The notes: generated by a model not told the origin, from the sequence alone. A stretch of DNA of 63,343 nt, filler included, from Bacteroidales bacterium (GCA_035389045.1; 9 parts of 9 records of this genome joined end to end with filler, not necessarily neighbours in it), one strand, 5' to 3'. Counted from the whole stretch's first letter, positions 31,975-41,226 are shown. Translations and numbers: made by a program.

Positions 31975-32568
31975 ATGAAAACTCTGTATATGAAAATTGA
32001 TGTTCTTGAATCGGGAGCCATGTATCATATCTTTAATCGCGGAAATAATAAGGAAAACCTGTTTGTTGAAGATAGAAATTATTCCTATTTTCTTTCTTTA
32101 ACGGAAAAATATCTTACCAAAGTTGCTGATATTTATTGCTATTGTTTAATGAGAAATCATTTTCACTTACTGCTGAAAATAAAAGACATTGCAATTATTA
32201 AAGAAGAAAAATACCAGAAAAAACCATTTCTTGCTTTTTCGCATTTTTTTAATTCTTATACAAAAAGTATTAATAATGCATACAACCGCACTGGAAGCCT
32301 GTTTCAGGAGCATTTTCACCGAAACCGGATTACAGAAGACGGCTTTTTTAAAAATGTAGTGGCCTACATTCACCTTAACCCTGAAAGACATGGTTTCGTC
32401 AGTGACTTCAGGAATTACTCACACTCTTCATATTCAACTTTTTTTACTGAAAGAAAAAGTTTTATTGACAAAGATTTCGTTTTAAGCTTTTTCGGTAATA
32501 TCGACAATTTTGAAGCGTGGCATTTCAAGAAGGAATCGGGGACGCAAACCTTGATAGAAGATTTATAA
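31975..32568 (+). mobile_element. REP-associated tyrosine transposase (RAYT, Y1 HUH family)
   Basis: YHIFNRGNN, YCLMRNHFHLL (HUH), GSLFQ, YIHLNP, YSHSSY; REPs on both sides; no tnpB. Confidence 0.88.
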
Positions 32569-32572
32569 TAGA

Positions 32573-32628
32573 ACTAACAGGTTTACTAACCAGATTTATT
32601 CAAAATAAATTTAGTCGAAAACCTGTTA
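32573..32628. repeat. REP downstream of the RAYT, right arm cut by an IS end
   Basis: ACTAACAGGTTT ... AAACCTGTTA. Confidence 0.7.
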
Positions 32629-32630
32629 AA

Positions 32631-32680
32631 CCCTAACTTGGAAAAAATTACGTATTATATTAACTTAATGAAAGTCCGAT
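32631..32680. mobile_element. IS terminal inverted repeat CCCTAACTTGGA at a contig end
   Basis: Its reverse complement TCCAAGTTAGGG lies at 40754-40765, near the start of another contig. Confidence 0.6.
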
Positions 32681-32780
32681 NNNNNNNNNNNNNNNNNNNN
32701 NNNNNNNNNNNNNNNNNNNNNNNNTTAATTAATTAANNNNNNNNNNNNNNNNNNNNNNNNNNNNNNNNNNNNNNNNNNNN

Positions 32781-32940
32781 CCTCTGCGTCTTTGCGAGAA
32801 AAGCATAATCCTCTCTGCGCCTCTGCGTCTCTGCGAGAAAAAAAACAGCGCTCTCCCTGCGCATCTGCGTCTCTGCGAGAAAAAAACTTAGCGTTCTTTG
32901 CGGTTATTGTTTACCGCAAGGACAGCAAGGGAAACGCAAG
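32781..32940. repeat. Array of CTCTGCGTCTCTGCGAGAAA-type short repeats plus a CTTTGCGG/CCGCAAGG hairpin
   Basis: At least 3 units; same family at 38176-38302. Confidence 0.8.
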
Positions 32941-32953
32941 GATCGCTATTTGT

Positions 32954-33253
32954 CAGTGGCGGTACGACTGCTCCGAATGAGCGCCTACGGCGAGCGCCAG
33001 CTTGTGTTGTTGGTGGTTCGTGCTGCCACCCTGAAAAAAAGTGTCAGGGTGACTGCTAATCGCCGGGTATCAGCGCGCCGAAGGCGCTCCTATGGAGAAG
33101 TCACCCCGACACTACCAAATAATACCAAATTGAAATATCAATTAGTCCAATGGGGCGTATTGATATTTCTTATTTGGTTATACCGATGATAAAAATAAAT
33201 AGTACAAACGAGTGAAGCGAAGTTTGGACTATATTATTTTTCAAATCGGTATA
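32954..33253. repeat. Cluster of four palindromic elements
   Basis: GTGGCGGTACGA..TCGTGCTGCCAC (32956-33029); AGTGTCAGGGTGACT..AGTCACCCCGACACT (33040-33113); ACCAAAT..ATTTGGT; TTATACCGAT..ATCGGTATAA. Confidence 0.75.
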
Positions 33254-33385
33254 ATCAATTCAATTTTTATCGTTGAACGAATTTACGTAAATTCATTCAA
33301 TAGATTGAACGTATTAATGTAAAAATATTCATCAAAATGATCAAATTAATGGAAAATTGTTTATTTTTGTAAAAAATTTCATAAG

Positions 33386-34516
33386 ATGATTATTCAGCGG
33401 CCCATTCAGAAAAAAATTGAAGGAAAACTAAAATCAGGCAAGGTCTTACTATTGCTTGGCGCTAGGCGGACCGGAAAAACATTTCTGATAAAGCAGATAA
33501 TTAAAAGCCTTAATACACACAGGCTGTTGTTAAATGGAGAAGATTTTCAGGTGGCTGCAAAACTGGAAAACAAAAGTATTTCTGAGTACAAACAAATTGT
33601 TGGGAAAAACAAACTGTTAATCATTGATGAGGCTCAGAAAATTAAAGATATCGGGAGGATACTAAAAATTATGATTGATGAGATTGATGGTTTGACGATA
33701 ATGGCAACAGGCTCATCAGTATTTGATCTTTCGCAGAAACTTGGGGAGCCTTTGACGGGCAGGAATATTAATTTTAAAGTTTTCCCAATAGCACAATATG
33801 AGCTGAAGGATTTAGAGAATCCCATTGAAACCCAATCAAATCTGGAGCAGCGGCTTATTTTGGGTTCCTACCCTGAATTGTTCTCCATGTCGGGATATGC
33901 AGAAAAGCAGGAATACCTGATCGGGCTTGTAAATTCTTTTTTGCTGAAAGATATTTTAGAATTGGACAACATAAAAAACGCATCAAAAATTCTAAATATA
34001 TTACGGTTACTGGCCTTTCAGGTAGGCAGTGAGGTGTCTTTTTCTGAGATTGGGCAAAAAGTGGCATTAAGCAGAAATACAGTGGAACGATATATTGACT
34101 TGCTTGAAAAAACGTTTATAATATTCTGCTTAGGTGGCTTTAGCAAAAACTTGAGAAAAGAGGTTTCAAAAAACTCGAAATACTATTTTTGGGATAACGG
34201 TATAAGAAATGCGGTCATTTCGAATTTTAACCCATTGAGTTTAAGGAATGACGTTGGGCAATTATGGGAAAACTATATTATTTCAGAAAGATTGAAATAT
34301 CTGGCTTATCAGACGAAACCGGCCAATGTGTTTTTTTGGAGGACTTATGATCAGCAGGAAATTGATTGGGTAGAGGAAAGAGCCGGAAAGCTGTTTGCAT
34401 TTGAAATAAAATATATCAAAAACAAAGTCAAAATTCCTGAAGCCTGGAAAGAAGCTTATCCCGAATCGGAATTTTCTGTAATTAGTAAGGAAAATTATTT
34501 AGATTTTATTACCTGA
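33386..34516 (+). CDS. AAA_14 ATPase with DUF4143 C-terminal domain
   Basis: GARRTGKT, IIDEAQ, TGSS, KYYFWDNG, LWEN, QEIDW..AFEIK. Confidence 0.88.
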   Translation: MIIQRPIQKKIEGKLKSGKVLLLLGARRTGKTFLIKQIIKSLNTHRLLLNGEDFQVAAKLENKSISEYKQIVGKNKLLIIDEAQKIKDIGRILKIMIDEIDGLTIMATGSSVFDLSQKLGEPLTGRNINFKVFPIAQYELKDLENPIETQSNLEQRLILGSYPELFSMSGYAEKQEYLIGLVNSFLLKDILELDNIKNASKILNILRLLAFQVGSEVSFSEIGQKVALSRNTVERYIDLLEKTFIIFCLGGFSKNLRKEVSKNSKYYFWDNGIRNAVISNFNPLSLRNDVGQLWENYIISERLKYLAYQTKPANVFFWRTYDQQEIDWVEERAGKLFAFEIKYIKNKVKIPEAWKEAYPESEFSVISKENYLDFIT

Positions 34517-34596
34517 TAATCACCATAGCGTTTTGCCAAATCTTGCATAATAATGAAAATCAATTTTCCCCTTCAGGCCGAGGCAAAAAATTATGC

Positions 34597-34651
34597 CAGT
34601 AGCGGTATGACTGAGCGCTGACTTGTTCCGTTTGCAGTTCGTGCTGCCACT
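34597..34651. repeat. Second copy of the 32954-33029 palindromic element
   Basis: CAGTAGCGGTATGACTGAGCGC..CTTGT..GTTCGTGCTGCCAC. Confidence 0.7.
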
Positions 34652-34727
34652 AAACCCCCATACCGTCACTCACCATCGCTTCAGAAATATTTTGACCCCG
34701 AATCTCTGATAAAACAATTTAAATAAG

Positions 34728-34735
34728 TATTTTTG
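34728..34735 (+). promoter_or_regulatory. Bacteroidota -7 promoter element upstream of gatE
   Basis: TATTTTTG matches TAnnTTTG, 25 nt before the ATG. Confidence 0.5.
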
Positions 34736-34760
34736 ACCGCCCAATAACAATTAATATATT

Positions 34761-36734
34761 ATGAAAGAAAATTTCGATCCTAAGTATAACTACGAAGAAA
34801 CTAAGGAAACTATTGGATATGTGCCACTGAAGAAGGCCACACAGGATGATTGGACCCGTATAGGTTTTATGTCCGGTCTGGAGGTTCACCAGCAGCTCAA
34901 AACCAAAGAAAAACTCTTTTGTCATTGCCCTGCAGGTCTATATCAGAAAAAAAATCAATATGATGCCGAACTTTTGAGGCATATGCGTCCGACACTGAGC
35001 GAATTGGGCGAGTATGACGGCACCGCGCTCATGGAGTTCAAAACACGCAAGGAAATTGTATACCGCATCAAGAACGAAACCGCATGTACCTACGATGTGG
35101 ATGATACGCCGCCCTTTAAACTGAATAAAGAAGCGCTGGAATATGCACTGGAAATAGCGCTGTTATGCAAACTTAATATCGTTGGCGAAGTACATATTAC
35201 CAGGAAGCAATACCTCGACGGAAGCATACCTACCGGATTCCAGAGAACCGCGATTCTCGGGGTGGAAGGTGAATTGTCGCTGAAAAACAAGAAAGTAAGA
35301 TTGATACAGTTAAGTATTGAAGAAGATTCATGCCGCGAAATTTCGGATATCGGCCACCGGCGTGTTTATTCCACCGACCGGCTGGGCGTGCCTCTGATAG
35401 AAACAGTCACCTATCCCGATATGATCAATCCTTACGAAGTAAAAGAAGCCTGTGATTCTATCCGTTTTCTAAACCGAAGCACCGGGAAGGTCAGAACCGG
35501 CATCGGCGCCGGGCGACAGGATGTAAATGTGAGTTGCAAAGGTGGAACACGTGTGGAAATAAAAGGTGTCGCTCATACCCGGTGGATACCCAAACTCACT
35601 CATAATGAGTCGTTCCGCCAGTGGTCCTTGTTGCATATCCGAGGAATATTGAACGAAAAAATGGGCGACGGCTCATCCTGGAAAATGAACTTTAGGGAGC
35701 TGGAACTTAGAGATTTTCGTTTCTCTAACCTCCCGCTGACCGACGAAAAAAAGAATGTATATAAATACTATGCCATTAACCTTCCGGGATTTAAAAAGAT
35801 ACTTTCGCACTTTACCCAGCCCGGTAAAATGTTTGCTGATGAAATCAGCGAAAGACTGAAAGTGATCGCCTGTATTGAAACACCCAACATGACACATTCG
35901 GAAGAGTTTGTTCCCCTGGTCAGTGAAGATGATTTCTCGAACATCAGAAACCTGCTTAGCGCAAAAGATACGGATGCCCAGGTCATCATCTGGGGACCTG
36001 AAGCAGACATGAAAACAGCCCTGGAAACAGTGGAAGAGCGATGTCTGTGGGCGTTTAAGGGAGTTCCCAACGAAACACGTAAATCATTTGAAGACGGAAC
36101 AACAATTTTTGAACGTGTATTGCCGGGAGCAGACCGTATGTATCCTGATACGGATTCTGTGCCTATACCCTTATATGATGATTATATCCTCCACTTGAAA
36201 AAAGGCTTGCCTACGGAGGTTATCACACGTTATCTCCAATTGAAAACATGGGATATTCCGGAAGATACGTATACTTATATTTTAAAGAAAAACCTGTTCC
36301 CCATTATTGACCAGATAGTCGAGAAATACGGATATGATCCCAAACGTGTCGGAACCTTTATCGGACATACGCTGAAACATACCGAAGGCCAACATGAAGT
36401 ATCACCTTATTTTGATTATGACATGATCCGTGAGATGTTCGGTTTTATTAAGGAAAAGAAGCTCGAATTTCCCATTGCCAAGCAGATGCTGCCTGTATTA
36501 ATGATGCACCCCAAAATGGATTTTGATTCTATTTTAGCCACGATAAAATTTAAAAAGATCAACAAGGAGGAAATACTTGCCAACATTCCGTTTATGAAAG
36601 AAAAATTCCGCCAGATACGTATTTCCGAAAAGCCGGATGTGGAAATAAACTGGATCATGGGCGGCTTGCGGAAGATGGCGACAGGAAATATGAACCTCAC
36701 TGAATTAAAAAAATTAGTCGAAACAAGTAATTAA
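34761..36734 (+). CDS. gatE: Glu-tRNA(Gln) amidotransferase subunit E (archaeal type)
   Basis: GLEVHQQL..KLFC.CP, RPTLSELGE.D, GFQRT, EED, DRLGVPLIE, RSTGKVR.G.G..RQDVNVS..GG.RVEIKGV, AspRS-like insertion, GVPNETR..LPGADRMYPDTD; 657 aa, longer than GatB. Confidence 0.92.
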   Translation: MKENFDPKYNYEETKETIGYVPLKKATQDDWTRIGFMSGLEVHQQLKTKEKLFCHCPAGLYQKKNQYDAELLRHMRPTLSELGEYDGTALMEFKTRKEIVYRIKNETACTYDVDDTPPFKLNKEALEYALEIALLCKLNIVGEVHITRKQYLDGSIPTGFQRTAILGVEGELSLKNKKVRLIQLSIEEDSCREISDIGHRRVYSTDRLGVPLIETVTYPDMINPYEVKEACDSIRFLNRSTGKVRTGIGAGRQDVNVSCKGGTRVEIKGVAHTRWIPKLTHNESFRQWSLLHIRGILNEKMGDGSSWKMNFRELELRDFRFSNLPLTDEKKNVYKYYAINLPGFKKILSHFTQPGKMFADEISERLKVIACIETPNMTHSEEFVPLVSEDDFSNIRNLLSAKDTDAQVIIWGPEADMKTALETVEERCLWAFKGVPNETRKSFEDGTTIFERVLPGADRMYPDTDSVPIPLYDDYILHLKKGLPTEVITRYLQLKTWDIPEDTYTYILKKNLFPIIDQIVEKYGYDPKRVGTFIGHTLKHTEGQHEVSPYFDYDMIREMFGFIKEKKLEFPIAKQMLPVLMMHPKMDFDSILATIKFKKINKEEILANIPFMKEKFRQIRISEKPDVEINWIMGGLRKMATGNMNLTELKKLVETSN

Positions 36735-36754
36735 TAGTTAAATATCATAACAAC

Positions 36755-38143
36755 ATGAGTGAAGATTTTTTTCAGGGATATAAAGGCGCGGCTCTTGAAA
36801 TATTGAAAAAATATAATGTACGGGTTTGGGGTCAGGCAGAAGTGGATACTACACGCGGGCAATTCAAGGGAACCGTGTTGCCTCGCGCCGAAAATGATGA
36901 CGACCAGCATATTGTCCTGAAGGTGGTCACGGGATATAACATAGGTGTTGATATAGCAACCATTCTTTCAATGAAGGAACTGGGCTATAAAAAAGCAAAT
37001 TATAAAATTCCTGAAAAAGAATTTCCCTATACGCCCGGACTACCAAAAGTAAAACTGATCGGCACCGGAGGCACTATCGCCTCGAGGCTTGATTATCGTA
37101 CCGGAGCCGTTATTCCGGCTTTTTCTCCCGGTGAATTATACGGAGCGGTTCCCGAACTTGCTGAGATTTGCAACCTGGAAACCGAAAAACTTTTTGCGGT
37201 TTTCAGTGAAAATATGGGCCCGGAGCAGTATAAAAAACTTGCCGTAGCGATAGGTCAGGAAATTGAAAAAGGTACCGACGGCATTATTATAGGCCATGGA
37301 ACGGATACCTTGCATTATACAGCTGCTGCTTTGACATTTATGGTTCAGAATCCTCCGATACCCATCGTACTTGTTGGCTCCCAAAGATCATCTGACCGGC
37401 CCAGCTCTGATGCCGCTTTGAATCTTATGCATGCAGCCACAGCTGCCGCACATGGCGATATTGCTGAAGTGATGGTATGTATGTTTGGGCCCACCTCCGA
37501 TGAATACGGTTTTTTGCATCGGGGAACCCGCGTCAGAAAAATGCATTCATCGTATCGTTCTACTTTTCGAACCCTTGGCGATATTCCCGTGGCTACCGTT
37601 ACCCGTAAAGGCGTGTTCCCGCAAAAACCAGTGTATAATCATCGCCGCCGGGACCCGGCAAATGTAAAAATAACACCTGTTTTTGAAGAAAAAGTGGGTA
37701 TGCTGTATTACTATACCAACATGCAGCCGGATATGATAGATGCCATGGTCGACAACGGTTATAAAGGTATTATTATTATTGGTACCGGACTCGGACATGT
37801 GAACAAGCCAATTTATCCGGCAATAGAAAGGGCTGTCAAAAAAGGAGTGGCAATATATATGACCGTACAGACGTTGTGGGGCTTTGTCCACATGTTCGTC
37901 TATGATACCGGTCGCGACCTGATGGCTAAAGGAATTATCCCGGCAGAAAATATGCTTCCCGAAGTGGCTTATATAAAACTGGGATGGGCCTTAGGGCAGA
38001 CCAGCGACCTGGAAAAAGTTAAAGAAATAATGCTGACACCAATAAATGATGATATCACAAAACGTGAACCCTATAACGGATACCTCATTTATCAGGGAGG
38101 GGTGAGAGAAGTCGAGGACTTCATTAAAAAGGTACACAAATAA
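36755..38143 (+). CDS. gatD: Glu-tRNA(Gln) amidotransferase subunit D (asparaginase-like glutaminase)
   Basis: GatD-type N-terminal domain (VLK..TGYNIG), TGGTIASRLDYRTGAV, SENM, HGTDT, GSQRSSDRPSSDA, RKMHSSYR.TF. Confidence 0.92.
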   Translation: MSEDFFQGYKGAALEILKKYNVRVWGQAEVDTTRGQFKGTVLPRAENDDDQHIVLKVVTGYNIGVDIATILSMKELGYKKANYKIPEKEFPYTPGLPKVKLIGTGGTIASRLDYRTGAVIPAFSPGELYGAVPELAEICNLETEKLFAVFSENMGPEQYKKLAVAIGQEIEKGTDGIIIGHGTDTLHYTAAALTFMVQNPPIPIVLVGSQRSSDRPSSDAALNLMHAATAAAHGDIAEVMVCMFGPTSDEYGFLHRGTRVRKMHSSYRSTFRTLGDIPVATVTRKGVFPQKPVYNHRRRDPANVKITPVFEEKVGMLYYYTNMQPDMIDAMVDNGYKGIIIIGTGLGHVNKPIYPAIERAVKKGVAIYMTVQTLWGFVHMFVYDTGRDLMAKGIIPAENMLPEVAYIKLGWALGQTSDLEKVKEIMLTPINDDITKREPYNGYLIYQGGVREVEDFIKKVHK

Positions 38144-38175
38144 GAACTCGTATTGGCTTGCCGGCATAAAAAAAT

Positions 38176-38302
38176 ATCTCTTTACGCCTCTGCGTCTCTG
38201 CGAGATAATAAACATATCTCTTTGCGCCTTTGCGTCTTAGCGAGAAAAAATAAACATATCTCTTTGCGTTGCGTCTCTGCGAGAAAAATCTCTTTGCGCC
38301 TT
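38176..38302. repeat. Second CTCTTTGCGCCTCTGCGTCTCTGCGAGA-type array
   Basis: About 4 units, same orientation as 32781-32885. Confidence 0.8.
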
Positions 38303-38361
38303 TTATGAATGTGACAGCTTCATTTTACCTGAACAACGGATAACCGGTATTTTTGGCGTTT

Positions 38362-39450
38362 TCAGATGTACTCGTCCCCTTTTTCTATTTTTACATCATT
38401 AACAAACTGCCGGATCTGTTGTTCGTCATTTTTACGGCATATCAACAACACGTTTCCCGACTCAACCACAATATGGTCATCCAGTCCTTGTAAGACAACG
38501 AGTTTGTTCTCCGGCATGTTCACAATGCAGTTGTGGCTGTCATACATAATAACATTTTTTCCGACTATGGCATTTCCCTTTTCATCTTTTTGCCTGTTTT
38601 CATATAAGGAGCCCCAGGTGCCCAGGTCGGACCATCCGAAATCGGAACGCAGGACATACACATTATCTGCTTTTTCCATGATGCCATAGTCAATGGAGAT
38701 GCTTCTGCAAGTGGTATACACCTGCTGTATAAATTCCGGTTCCTTATCCGTATTATATATACCCCTGCCTTTTTCAAAGGACTCTTTGATCTCCGGCAGG
38801 TGTTTTTCGAATGCCTGTAAGATACTTGATACCGACCAGATGAAAATTCCCGAATTCCATAAAAAATCACCACTTTCAAGAAATTGTTTGGCCATTTCGA
38901 GCACTGGCTTTTCCGTAAATGTCTTGACTTTTTTTATCCGTAAATCATCAGGATAGGTGTCAGTGTCTTTATATTGTATGTATCCGTAACCGGTGTCAGG
39001 CCTGCTGGGCTGGATGCCTAAAGTGAAAAGCCAGTTGTTTTTTGATGCCGCACTGAGTGCAGAAGAAATTATGCCGGTGAAGGCATCTTCGTTAAGTATG
39101 ATGTGGTCAGAAGGGGCAACAATTACGCTGGCATCAGGGTTTATCTCGTTGATTTTATAGCAGGCATAAGCTATACAGGGCGCAGTATTCCGGCGCGAAG
39201 GTTCCGAGACAATCTGCCTGGCATCTAAACCGGGAATTTGCTCCTTTACAAGCCCGGCATACTTTTCATTGGTAACAATGTAAATATTTTCTTTGGGTAC
39301 AGTTTTTTCAAAACGCTTAAATGTCTGCTGAATGAGAGTTTCGCCCGTACCTAATATGTCTATGAATTGTTTAGGGTGCGAGGTACGGCTCATAGGCCAG
39401 AAACGCGAACCGATTCCTCCTGCCATGATTACACAATAATTGTTGCTCAT
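38362..39450 (-). CDS. manC: Mannose-1-phosphate guanylyltransferase
   Basis: IMAGGIGSRFWPMSR..PKQF, EP.RRNTAP, PSDH, WNSGIF, SIDYGIMEK, WSDLGTW. Confidence 0.93.
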   Translation of the reverse strand: MSNNYCVIMAGGIGSRFWPMSRTSHPKQFIDILGTGETLIQQTFKRFEKTVPKENIYIVTNEKYAGLVKEQIPGLDARQIVSEPSRRNTAPCIAYACYKINEINPDASVIVAPSDHIILNEDAFTGIISSALSAASKNNWLFTLGIQPSRPDTGYGYIQYKDTDTYPDDLRIKKVKTFTEKPVLEMAKQFLESGDFLWNSGIFIWSVSSILQAFEKHLPEIKESFEKGRGIYNTDKEPEFIQQVYTTCRSISIDYGIMEKADNVYVLRSDFGWSDLGTWGSLYENRQKDEKGNAIVGKNVIMYDSHNCIVNMPENKLVVLQGLDDHIVVESGNVLLICRKNDEQQIRQFVNDVKIEKGDEYI

Positions 39451-39502
39451 CTTTTGTATTTTAATCTGGAAAATATTGGCAAAAATATTAAAATATAATT
39501 AA

Positions 39503-40273
39503 TTATAAATGAGTTTTTTGTTTATATATAGTCGGGGAAGAAGAAACGTTTTCAGAGAAATTCAGAGCATTGCTTACAGGCCTGACTTTCATAGCAGGGC
39601 TGACAAGGTACCAGCGCTTATTGTTTAAGCAAAAACACTTATAACGCGTTCTGACTTTATCTCCCTTACGGAACATATTTCCGTTGCGGATAGAAAAAAC
39701 AGAATCGGGTACCAGCTCAGCGAGAAATTGTCCGGAATAATCAATATCGTATTCGGACAGAACAAGCGAAAGACGATATTCGGCTTCATGAACAGATTTA
39801 CCGTTTCTTACGAAAACATTGATCAGCGCATGCTCAATTTCTTTGGGAAAAATATTTTTTTCAATCAAAGAAAGAATTAATATCCGGTAATTATCTTTCC
39901 ATTCGTGGCCATGCGGCTTGGCTTTTCTTCTGTATGTATTCCAAGTAAGCAGATGGGCAAATTCATGTGCCAAAGTGATTAAAAACGCATAGTTGTTCAA
40001 ATTGCGGTTTATGCTGATCCTGTGATATAAAAAACCATTTTCAGGAGGACGGTAATCTCCGGATTTTGTTATCCGCTCGCCTGATATAACGATCCTCACC
40101 GGGTAGGAAGATATCCACCCGAGCACGGTTTCATAAGCAGATCCGGGCAGATAGGATGAAAGAACTCCGTTATCCAATGCCGTGAGGTTTAGCGGTGTTT
40201 TCAATTTTATTACTGAAAGTAGGACACTGGTTATACCGGTGCTTTTTTGAAGCACATGATGAGATAACAACAA
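39503..40273 (-). CDS. SprT-like metallopeptidase domain protein
   Basis: R.TK.GDYR, TLAHEFAHL, KPHGHEWK; start codon uncertain. Confidence 0.8.
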   Translation of the reverse strand: MLLSHHVLQKSTGITSVLLSVIKLKTPLNLTALDNGVLSSYLPGSAYETVLGWISSYPVRIVISGERITKSGDYRPPENGFLYHRISINRNLNNYAFLITLAHEFAHLLTWNTYRRKAKPHGHEWKDNYRILILSLIEKNIFPKEIEHALINVFVRNGKSVHEAEYRLSLVLSEYDIDYSGQFLAELVPDSVFSIRNGNMFRKGDKVRTRYKCFCLNNKRWYLVSPAMKVRPVSNALNFSENVSSSPTIYKQKTHL

Positions 40274-40305
40274 CCACTGCTATCAGCAGGACAACAATAA
40301 GCATT

Positions 40306-40467
40306 TTAAATTTCATATAAAGGATTGTTTTGAAAATTGCGGGCTTTTATATTCGAAAATGTCGGGCAATCATGGCACTTGTGCTTTTTAGACGTTCTGC
40401 ACGAAGTGGAAGTGATTGCTAAACCGGCAAGTAATAAAAAGGCAAGGCACACACGGGACACTTTCAT
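40306..40467 (-). CDS. Small lipoprotein (53 aa) with a CxxCP motif
   Basis: MKVSRVCLAFLLLAGLAITSTS-C..KCHDCPTFS. Confidence 0.6.
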   Translation of the reverse strand: MKVSRVCLAFLLLAGLAITSTSCRTSKKHKCHDCPTFSNIKARNFQNNPLYEI

Positions 40468-40710
40468 CCTTTGATTTTTTATACAAACATAGGCATTTTT
40501 GACCAACGTACAAAACATATCAGAAAAACGCATAACTGAACATCATATTGTATGGGAATTTTTGCAAATAATATTTAAGGGCATCTCTATTAATCTTGAT
40601 CGGGCGCTTCNNNNNNNNNNNNNNNNNNNNNNNNNNNNNNNNNNNNNNNNNNNNTTAATTAATTAANNNNNNNNNNNNNNNNNNNNNNNNNNNNNNNNNN
40701 NNNNNNNNNN

Positions 40711-40765
40711 CAAAGGATTTCTGAAATTTTTTATTAACTAATACGTGTTAATATCCAAGTTAGGG
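40711..40765. mobile_element. IS terminus ending TCCAAGTTAGGG
   Basis: Inverse of 32631-32642; exactly 55 bp from the contig start. Confidence 0.6.
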
Positions 40766-41226
40766 TTTAATTTTAAAGGATAGCCTTCGCAATCATAGCC
40801 ATCGCATGTGATATCCAGTACGAGCGCTTTGCTTAATGTAAACCCGACCACAGAGTAATAATCGGAATAACCGTAATCGTCCCAATAATCATATATTAAT
40901 ACCTCATCAGAAAAGTTGCCCTTCCTGTCGTAAATATATAAGGATACACTGACGCTGGTACCTACCAGCAGGCCCACGTAGGTTTTACCGATGCTGAACT
41001 TTCCGATGAGCCATTCGGGAGCTTTTGTCAGTTCATCGGAGGCGGAAGTCAGGGGGAGGGTTACATCCCTGAATTTCTTAAGTACTTCCGGAAAATTACC
41101 GAATGTTTCTTTTTTTTCAATTTTTTCTGCGAGGGTGCGGTTGTCTGCTTCTGTCAGCTCCTGGGCCAATAACGGGCAAGCTGTGCATGTACAGATCAAT
41201 GCCAGCATCAGAATTTTTGTTTTCAT
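40738..41226 (-). CDS. Hypothetical exported protein, C-terminus probably IS-truncated
   Basis: Signal peptide MKTKILML..LLA-Q; the last codons lie inside the IS end. Confidence 0.55.
   Translation of the reverse strand: MKTKILMLALICTCTACPLLAQELTEADNRTLAEKIEKKETFGNFPEVLKKFRDVTLPLTSASDELTKAPEWLIGKFSIGKTYVGLLVGTSVSVSLYIYDRKGNFSDEVLIYDYWDDYGYSDYYSVVGFTLSKALVLDITCDGYDCEGYPLKLNPNLDINTY

Noticed and set aside
32781..32940. Short repeats with variable spacers as a CRISPR array (also 38176-38302 and 31811-31942)
   Set aside because: The repeats are degenerate, the spacers are very short or near-identical, and no cas genes are present.
34761..36734. Bacterial GatB
   Set aside because: Too long, contains the GatE insertion, and has no adjacent gatA/gatC.
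36755..38143. Ordinary type I L-asparaginase
   Set aside because: It has the extra N-terminal domain and GatD-specific motifs, and is paired with gatE.
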